Assembly: GCA_051453625.1 (NCBI GenBank)
Contig: JBOZIK010000001.1
Location: forward strand, 49,404,588-49,468,071
DNA length: 63,484 bases
From: Welwitschia mirabilis
Lineage: Eukaryota
Direction of reading: 5' to 3'
Under the pieces are notes generated by a model. The model saw only the letters and a list, made by a program, of their open reading frames with translations. It was not told the DNA's origin and did not search any database. This document shows positions 26,883-35,424 of this stretch, piece by piece; the first letter of the stretch is position 1; every line of letters starts with the position of its first letter. A program made the translations under genes and the position numbers.

Positions 26883-29655
26883 TGATGAAGTCTAAAATTT
26901 TGATAAAATAAGATATTAAAAGATATAATTTTTCATTATTTTAAAGCTATAATATTGCACTTAGAGTTATTTTTATACTTTTATAGAGATAAAAGCATGA
27001 CATCAACACATATCAGAGCCAATCAAGACATTATTAAATTAAAAATCTACATTCTGGGAGCCATAACTCAGTCATTTCTTATCATTTATGAGTCAATTTT
27101 GATGTTTTCATGTAATATCAATTATATGCGATGTAAGTGACTCAATTTACATTTTGGAAGTTTTGGTGGTTATTCTAATAACCACTTGTGGTGTTGTAAC
27201 ACTATTCTCCAATGTATTTTGGTGCTACCACACCATACAACATTTTTCACATTACAGGCATGAAACGGATGAGGAAGTTTGGAAGTTTTTCCACCTACCT
27301 CACCTAAAACTAATCCTTGTAAATCTATATAATTACCTTCTCAATTCCATATTAGATATGACTGCTAAGATACTCATTTCATGCCATTTTTATGCTTCGT
27401 TTGCATTTGAAAGAGTTCTGGCCATATCTCTATCTTTCATTTCTTATCTTTCAAGTTGATTTTTTGTATTTTTCAACTTTGAAAGCCTTCTTCATTATCC
27501 ATTCTCATTCACTGCAACATTATACACTCATTCTCATCCTCTCACATCCTCTCACATTCATTTTTCATCTCATTTATCTCATTTTCATCCATCTAGAGGG
27601 CATTGTAGGATGGTGAAGTATAGGTGACCAGGTAGTGCAAGAGGAGGGGAAGGCATAAGATCTTATAAGAATCTGGATTCAAAGAATACTGGAAAGTCTT
27701 ATGATTGCATCTGAAATTAATAATAGTTCTTTTCACTTATGCTCTTATGATCATATCTATATGATTTGCTCATTCTCGTTATACATCCCTTTTGATTCGA
27801 TTTACACTTTTTATAGCATGTTGAATATTTAGTAATAATAGAATTGTTATAAATTTAATACATATCATAGAATTCTCTGCTATGGCATGGTTAGTGATTC
27901 TATGTCAAATTAAGCATGTGTTTTTGCTCTCTTCTCTCTTTTTTCCTCTTTTTTTCTTATTTCTTCTAATACCATTCTCTCACCCTTTCTTTTGAAGTAG
28001 TAAATGATGAATTCTTCTTCTCCTCTTTCGAATAGCATAAGTTTAGAATGGATATTTGTAATATACTTAAATCTAAGTTTGAAATATTTGTTTTTCCATT
28101 AGTTTTTTCCACTTTCCTTTCCCTTTCGATATGAGGTAAAAACTAGTGAATTTGAGTGCTTGTTTTGACCATAACTCTTTTTTCGTAACTTCAATTGCTC
28201 AAAACTTTGTTAGTAGATTCCTCTCTCGATTTTCAAATCATTTCACCATTTATTTAAAAGCTTTTTCATATAGTCAGTCAAATCCCCAATTGGATCTCTA
28301 AAATTCCATTTTTTATTGTTTATAATTGAGTTGCAAGTTGTTTTAGAATTTTTCTAAATCTGCAAATTTTTAGGGATTTTCCATTTTTTCCCAAAGTAAA
28401 TTTCCTGGTCATCATTACCATGTTTTTTAAAGTTAAGATCTAAAGTTTTAGTATTTTTTGAATACTTTTAGAATACGAAATCTATTTTTTTCCTCAAGTT
28501 TTCTAGGCTTTATAAAATTCTTTATCAAAGTAGGGTTGACTGTATTTTTTGTAGATTCTTCTTAAGGTCTATTTCCTAATGGTTTTACTTGATCCAACTT
28601 GATCTTAAATATTTAATTCTAAAGATTTTTGGATAGTCTTGAAAAGTGATAAGTCCTTTTTTTTAAAGTTTATTTCTTACTTTTCTCACTTCTTCTCCTT
28701 CTTCTAGTCAAAATATTGCAAAATGAACTAGGTTTTCGTTTGATAGAAAAAACATATACATGTTGGTTTTTAATCAATTGGTTATTGATTTATAACAAAA
28801 ATACATGTCCATTTTTAATCAATTAGTTAGTGATTTATAATCTCTGATAATCTGACTTATATGTTACAACACTTTTATAACTCATTTTATTACAACACTT
28901 TTATAACTCATTTTAAGCCTAACTAAGTGTTATCTTTCAAGTCAAATACATTGAAATTTAGTAAAAATATTATTAAGATCAAGTAATCTGCTATATTCAT
29001 TTTGAGAATCATGTTTTCAAAGTGCTATCTTTTGATTCTAGGATAAGGTATAATTAGTAAAGTTTGGAATAAGAATTTTGAATGAATCATACATATTCAT
29101 TTTAAATTATTTTGATTAGTGAACTTTTCAAGAAATATTATTTTTGTATAATAATAGATTAAGTTAGTTTTAATCACTTCAACTCTATTTATCATTCATT
29201 TGAGTTATGGCTGATACTTTAGAGTAGTAGTAAATGTTTATCAAAGATTATTTCTTTCTTACTCATTATAGTTTTCTTTTTACATCTCATGAAATTAAGC
29301 TTTTACACATATAATTCTCAAAGATTATTATACATCATGTGCTTTGATTAAATGAATGTCACTGGTATCTATTGTTAATGAACAGTTATTTTATCATGTA
29401 AAGTGACAGTTTGATAAGACAATGTACAATATTTTTCTTATGATTATATACCAAGTCCATCAGTTTGATACTCATGTGCTTTCACTATCTATGAAATNNN
29501 NNNNNNNATTTAATCTAAGAGATTTATTTATACTTTATTTTGAACTATTTATGCTTTACTTCTTTTCCTTAGGTTAATTTATTATGTTAAGTACACAGTT
29601 CATTTTGTAAAGGCTTAGAGCAGGATATCCTACATTTTAAAAATTGAGTTTATCA
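26883..29655 (+). repeat. Athila-like LTR (right, 3' LTR)
   Basis: Follows the PPT, is colinear with 16696-20058, and ends tttatca at 29655. Confidence 0.7.
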
Positions 29656-31269
29656 TTTTGTGAGCTCTTAGGGGGTGAGAAAAGCCTCTTACATTTTGCA
29701 GGTAGATTTTCATGATGAAGACAATATGATGGCTTTATAACTACAAATACTAATGCTTAGCTTTTAAAATGCCTACATCTCCATTAGAAGGCGGGGTACG
29801 AACAAATGTTTTCTATGTTGTTTTTCCACAAATCCCTTCTTAGTAAAATCAACATAGTAGTGCTTCATTTTATCCATTTTTGATGTGGAAGACTAATTAG
29901 AAGAAACAACATTGCCTAAATTGGATACCTATGTGAATAAAGGATTTGGTTGAGAGCCTTTACCATTACAAGAAGGAGTTTAAAGAAATAATAGATTCCC
30001 TCTATTCCACTTATTTTCCTTTAATTAACATTTAAGCATTGCTCTACACTTAACATCGTCCATTAGAAGAAGAGGACGAGATTTAGAGTCTTTTTCATTA
30101 ATAGATAGGATTTTGGTGCCTCTAAAGCCTTGGTTCTAGCATCTGGGGAATTTCAAGCTTTGTGTTTCTTGTACCTAGCTTCCTTTGCCACAGACATGAA
30201 GCGCATAGCTTGATTATATTTCTTTTCTAGACAATATTAATAGTAGTTAGGGATGGAGAAGTAAAGAAAGTTTGTAGTTCAATGACAACCTTTGGTCTCA
30301 ATCTCAATTTCATTGGGATGAGGCTTCATCAAGTGTATGTCAATGAGTGCTTTTCTTATGGATCTCTCATGAACCCGTTGAGTGATCGTAATTTTTGAAC
30401 TTAACTAATTAATGCTATTACTTCATGTAGCATGTAGTTAAAAAAAGAAAGGAAAATTTAAAAACTTAACCCAAACAAGTGTGACATCTTTTGAAATAGT
30501 TTCTAGGTTGAACGGAATAAATCATGATCTCAAAACAAGATATGAATATTCAATTCTCTAAAACTTCACTTGATGCACTTTGTCATGTTATTCATCAAGT
30601 TCTTGCATCAAAGAGCATGTGATGTTCCCTGGTTACTAAACAAAAGCTACCTAATCTTGTACTTTTTGGATGATTGGAATACTATTTGTTGAAAACACTC
30701 ACTGTGAAACATTTTTTGAACTCATGAATGCTATCTTAAAAAAGTAATGCCATAAGAGAAATGGAGATCTTACCTCTTCCCCCACTAGTAGAGTAAGGCA
30801 ACAAGCTCATTTTGATGTCATTCATAGCATCCACAGTTAAGTCAAATCCTCTACTCACAATTGCAAAAGCTAAAAGAGTGATAATGAATGAGTTAATAGC
30901 ATTTGTGGATTCAATTGTCTCATTATTTAAACATTGGCTCTTATTGCTGTCGTTTCATTAACCATCAATAAATGCCCTTGAAAGGACATTAATAGACACA
31001 TTTAAAACCTTACTCACCATGAAAAGTAATGAATTCCTCCTAATACAAATGAAAAGAAGACTAGAGCTATTAATCTCAAATATTTATTCTAGATTCTTAT
31101 CTATAAAATATATTTATTAATCCAACTTAAAACAATCTTAAGTTAAGTTATTAAATGGACAATAGTGTTAAAAGGCTGCAAAGAAGCCTTCCTGATTTAG
31201 GAAAAGATCTTACATAATGACATAAGAATTTTTTATGAAATAAATATACGTATTTATTGGAAAATCAAT

Positions 31270-32220
31270 AAATCAGACTATTATATCTACGTAATGAGGT
31301 ATGAAAGTAGTGATTTTTCTTTTCTCTCAATTCATGCCTATGACATGTTGATAACTAGAACTAGCAAGGAATCCTATGAAAATTAAAAAGACACTTGAAC
31401 AAGAGTTTATCATAAAGGATATAGATATGAAAAGAAAATCCTAGGTATATCTATGGGGAAAAATTAATGAAGGAAACCCTTGTTCTGATAACAAAGTATG
31501 TAAAACAAAAGTTACAAAGATTTTAAATGATTAAAGAAAATATTGCAAAGAAAGAACAAAATGGACAAATTTTCTTAGGCATGTAGAGTGGAAACTTTGA
31601 TGCATGTTATGATATGCACACGCTTAAGTATTGCATATGTAGTTGAAAAAGTTAGTTGTTATATGAGAAATCTAGGGAAAAGGCATTGGAAGAAGTAAAA
31701 TAAATTCCTTGTTATTTAAAAGATAAACCACTTCTCAATGTTTGAATGAATCTAATTGGTCACTACAAGGTTTTGTGGATTCAGATAGGGATGGGGATAC
31801 AGATAACCAAGAAAATAGAACTAGTTATATTTTCAGGGTAGCAAGAGAAGCTATAAGCTCTAGTTCTAAGGTCGAAGATGTGACAACCATTTTGACCACA
31901 GAAGCAAAATATATGACTACTAAAGAAGTTTATGAATATTACATATATCTTCAAAGATTGTTAGAATATTTACATGTGCAACAAAAGAAGTATAATTTGT
32001 TTAGAGAGAATTATAGGTAATATGTATTGCACAAAATCCAACTTTGCACTTACAAATGAAGCATATTCAAATCAAATACCATCTCATGAAGCAAATGGTG
32101 GATAGTAGACAAGTGAAAGCTGATAAGGCTAAAACTTAAAAAAAATTCAGTAGAGATGTTTATTAAATCTTAGTTAGTAAAGAAAATAATGCTTTATGAG
32201 AAAAATGTTGGTTTAAGGAT
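31270..32220 (+). pseudogene. Ty1/Copia (Tork/TAR-like) RT-RNase H remnant
   Basis: EFIIKDI (EF.MKDL) at ~31402, CTRLSIAYVV..VSCYMRNLGKRHW (CTRPDIAYAV..VSRYM.NPG..HW) at ~31615-31690, LQGFVDSD..GD and TTEAKY in ORF 31742-32020, KHIQIKYH at ~32059. Confidence 0.85.
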
Positions 32221-32341
32221 TTTAAATAAACAAATGATGGCTACTAGAAGAACTTTTTAGGAATAACATATCTTATAATTACATCTATTTTGTAAAAAGT
32301 TTCAAAAGCTTCTATTTAAAAAGTATTGAAACTCTTGACTA

Positions 32342-33293
32342 TGTTGGGCCCATTACCATCACACCAAAAGCCATGACTTAGGTGGAAACTAGAACCCTTT
32401 ATAATTACCCACTTATCGGGCTGGGCATGGGGACTGCATACCCAATAACCTCCCCCTTGATTCACATGCCAAGTGCTCACATGAATAGGGAAGCCACTGA
32501 GGAGGCTCCAACATGGGTACCACATACCCAACAATCTCCCCTCGATCCACATGCCAAGTGCTCACATGAACCGGGAAGTCACCGAGGAGACTGAAACCCG
32601 AGACTAGTCAACAACTATGNNNNNNNNNNNNNNNNNNNNNNNNNNNNNNNNNNNNNNNNNNNNNNNNNNNNNNNNNNNNNNNNNNNNNNNNNNNNNNNNN
32701 NNNNNNNNNNNNNNNNNNNGCTACATTCGCTTTGCTCCACGACTGGCCTCCGCTCACAGTGTTTACGGACACAAGGCTTATTGCCAAAGCGTGTAAGCTC
32801 CAACGTAATGCTCTGATACAAAGTGTTACGAAAATACACAATAGCAAAGTGGTTAAGGAAAGCAACAAGAGAACACAGGGACACAACAATTTACGTGGAA
32901 AACTCTAATGAGGGGAAAAACCACAGGAAAGCAATGCAGAGCTTTATTATTTTTTGTAAAGATGAACAAGCCAAGAATAGGTTGTTGGGCCCATTACCAT
33001 CACACCAAAAGCCATGACTTAGGTGGAAACTAGAGCCCTTTATGTTTACCCACTTATCGAGCTGGGCATGGGGATTGCATACCTAACAATCTTCTCTTCG
33101 ACCCACATGCTAAGTGCTCACATGAACCAGGAAGCCACCGGGGAGACTCGAACCCGAGACCAGCTAATACCATGGCTCTGATACCAATTGTTGGGCCCAT
33201 TACCATCACACTAAGAGCCATGACTTAGGTGGAAACTGGAACCCTTTTTAATTACCCACTTGTCGGGCTAGGCATGTGGACCGCATACCAATA
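32342..33293 (-). mobile_element. TRIM (terminal-repeat retrotransposon in miniature) array with three ~106-bp LTRs
   Basis: LTR copies at 32342-32447, 32983-33088 and 33189-33293 (tgttgggcccattaccatcacac...ccaa(c/t)a). Minus-strand tRNA-iMet PBS TGGTATCAGAGC at 33175-33186. Minus-strand PPT at 32448-32457 and ~33089-33100. The internal domain is ~100 bp and non-coding. Outer flanks gacta/aacta form a near-perfect 5-bp TSD. Confidence 0.88.
32720..32982 (-). mobile_element. Fragment of an unrelated Copia 5' LTR end (U5) + PBS enclosed within the TRIM array
   Basis: Plus-strand gctctgataca at ~32810-32820 is the reverse complement of an iMet PBS, followed by tgttacg. The sequence aatttacgtggaaaactc..ggggaaaaaccac is the reverse complement of the common Copia LTR motif GTGGTTTTTCCC...GTTTTCCACGTAAA. 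Confidence 0.6.
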
Positions 33294-33428
33294 AACTATT
33301 ACCTAATCAAAGAAATTAGACATAAAGTAAAGGGACAAAAAGTGAAGTTGAAAAGTATGAAACAATGGAGAAAGTTGTGAGTGTCTCATTTTGAATTTAG
33401 TTATAAGCCTTCTGGATTTATTGTGTCT

Positions 33429-34765
33429 AATGCCTCATGTTATGGCAAAAAAGGACATCTAGAAGTTTGAACCCAAAACATCTTAAATAGAGGACAATTG
33501 TCTCATGAGTTCAATTACTACCCCATTAACATTGATAATATGACTAACAACATAATATGGAAAAAATATATCATGTGGAAGTTATGTATGAAGGGTTGTA
33601 ATCCTTCATTAACATAACTTGTTGTTAACCTTTTAATTTGTACATGCCGCTTAAATATTCCTTGTCTTTTTTAGAGATAGGTGTCTATTATGAGTAAGTT
33701 CCTTGGTTCAAGATTTGTAACTCCCTGAGACCAAGCATAGCAAACAATGCTATGTAGATGTAAAAGAAAACAATGGATAGACGTGAGGAAGGAATATGAC
33801 ATGAATTTTGGAGGGGAATGTGAGGACTGAATGCCTTATGGTGTGTTAAGAAGGACATCCAAAGGTTCAAAATTGAAGACATCTTAAATAGAGAATATGT
33901 GTCCTCTAAGTCCAATTACTATCCCACCGACATTGATAATATGATTAACAAAATAATATGTAGAACTGCTTTGCAACCCTTTAATTAAAAAAGGGTTTTT
34001 CATTTGTTCGTCAAAAATAATAATAATAATGATATATAAAATGTATATTATGTAAGTCGTGTACAAGACATTACAATCCCTCTTTCACATAACTAGTTGT
34101 TAATCTTTGAGTTTGTGCTTGCCAAGTAAATATTCATCAACCTTTTTAAAGACGTCTTGGTTAAGATTGGTAATAGCTTTCGAGCAAGTGCAACAGAGAA
34201 TGCAAAGTACAAGAAAATAATGGACGGATATGAGAAAGGAGAAGACACAGCGTGAATTTCGGAGGGGAATGTGAGGAAGGAAGGCCTCATGATATGCCAA
34301 GGAGGACATCCAAAGGCTCGAACCCAAAACATCTTAAATAAAGGACAATTGTCCTATAAGCTCGATTACTTACCCATTGACATTAATAATAAGATTAATA
34401 ACATAATTCATAAAATTCATAAAATCTTTGTATTACCCTCTAATAAAAAAAAGTTTTCATTTTCTCATCCAAAAAATAATCATAATATGTAAAATATATA
34501 TCATATTAAAATCATGTGTGAAACGTCGCAATCCTTCATTCACATAACTAGTTGTTAATCTTTTAATTTGTACTTTTCAATTATATACTCCTTAGCTTTT
34601 TGAGAGACAGGTGTCTATTACGAGTGAGCACCCTGGTTAAGATCGGCAACGGGTTTCGACCAAGTGCAGCAGATAATGCCAAGCCAAAGCAAAAGAAAAC
34701 GACGGACATACGTGAGGAAGAAGGAGATGCGGCATCAATTACGGAGGGCGGGGCAATGTGAGCAA
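33429..34765. repeat. Three degenerate tandem copies (~400, ~450, ~485 bp) of the sequence immediately upstream of the CLE promoter
   Basis: Units start at 33429, 33830 and 34281 (a(a/g)gcct(c/t)atg-like). They share aggacatc, acatcttaaata, acataact(a/t)gttgttaa, tggtt(c)aagat, aagaaaa and ggaggg...aatgtgag in the same order. Confidence 0.9.
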
Positions 34766-34912
34766 TGAATGAATGAATGAAAACGTTTGGTGCGCGTCAC
34801 TGGGCACAAGAGAAGGCCGTGTCATGTGCAGACGCTCACTTCCATATCACAAAAATGAGACGAAAACATCCAATTTAATATAATTTCAGTGCCTTAAATC
34901 CCTGCGGAAATC

Positions 34913-34919
34913 TATAAAA
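34913..34919 (+). promoter_or_regulatory. Candidate TATA box of the CLE gene
   Basis: CTATAAAAT ~240 bp upstream of the CLE ATG, inside the CpG-retaining region. Confidence 0.5.
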
Positions 34920-34964
34920 TAGCTTACTCACAGCCTTTCCCCAACGCCCTCCAAGAGACGGCAC

Positions 34965-35158
34965 ATGGGACACCGTACTCGCTCCTTGTTATTTTATTGA
35001 CTTATTTCGCTTCGCGTTGTCATCATCGCAATTCGCAGAGTGACCCTTCTTCATGAATCTCACTTGATCACTGCTTCACTCTGCAGAGCCACTATATCAT
35101 ACCAAATGAAATGAAACGATTTCATTTGATTTACAGAGGAGGGCAGAGAGCAGAGTAA
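34965..35158 (+). promoter_or_regulatory. Upstream ORFs in the putative 5' leader of the CLE gene
   Basis: uORFs at 34965-35000 (MGHRTRSLLFY*), 35053-35067 (MNLT*), 35106-35114 (MK*) and 35111-35158 (MKRFHLIYRGGQRAE*, whose TAA overlaps the CLE ATG). They are relevant only if the TSS lies upstream. Confidence 0.35.
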
Positions 35159-35424
35159 TGTTATTGATGGAGGAGGAGAAGGCGAAGCACTACCCAAGAA
35201 ACTTGGGCGCCCTCGCTTTCGCTGTGGTTGCAGCGGCGCTGGTCATGATTGTGTTAGTTTTACTTGCAGTTCTCGTCGTCTCTGGGTATTCATATTGCAT
35301 GAGCTCTTCCAAAGTTGATGTCTCGCATTCCCAGACGATCTTCTGCAATTCTCGTCGCACCAGCAATCAGCACTTATCAGAGAAAAGGCACATTCCTGCA
35401 GGCCCAAATCCACTTCATAATTAG
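35158..35424 (+). CDS. CLE: CLAVATA3/ESR-related (CLE) secreted peptide precursor, 88 aa; mature dodecapeptide RHIPAGPNPLHN (35386-35421)
   Basis: Intact single-exon ORF with an N-terminal hydrophobic segment, a variable middle, and C-terminal SEKR-HIPAGPNPLHN-stop. This fits the CLE consensus R.VP.GP.PLH(H/N) and is close to Arabidopsis CLE17 RHVPSGPNPLHN. Context is GC/CpG-rich with an upstream TATA and a CT-rich 3' region. Confidence 0.93.
   Translation: MLLMEEEKAKHYPRNLGALAFAVVAAALVMIVLVLLAVLVVSGYSYCMSSSKVDVSHSQTIFCNSRRTSNQHLSEKRHIPAGPNPLHN

Larger units (their letters stand above)
16696..29655 (+). mobile_element. Near full-length, degenerate Athila-like Ty3/Gypsy LTR retrotransposon
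   Basis: LTRs at 16696-20058 and 26883-29655 both start tgatgaag and end ...aaaaattgagttt...at(c/t)a. A decayed tRNA-Asp-type PBS lies at 20059-20080 (aaatgtgcatcattcctgagga vs TGGCGCCGTTGCCGGGGA). PPT ttggggag is at 26873-26880. gag-pol remnants lie between. Confidence 0.8.

Noticed and set aside
29660-31100. Coding-like decayed sequence (possible DNA transposase on the minus strand)
   Set aside because: No motif could be recognised with confidence. It needs BLASTX.
33128-33186. tRNA gene
   Set aside because: Only a PBS and a T-loop-like motif are present, with no cloverleaf. It lies within the TRIM.
34604-34616. AuxRE-like inverted pair GAGACA-gg-TGTCT upstream of CLE
   Set aside because: A short motif with non-canonical 2-bp spacing that is expected by chance, so it cannot be supported from sequence alone.
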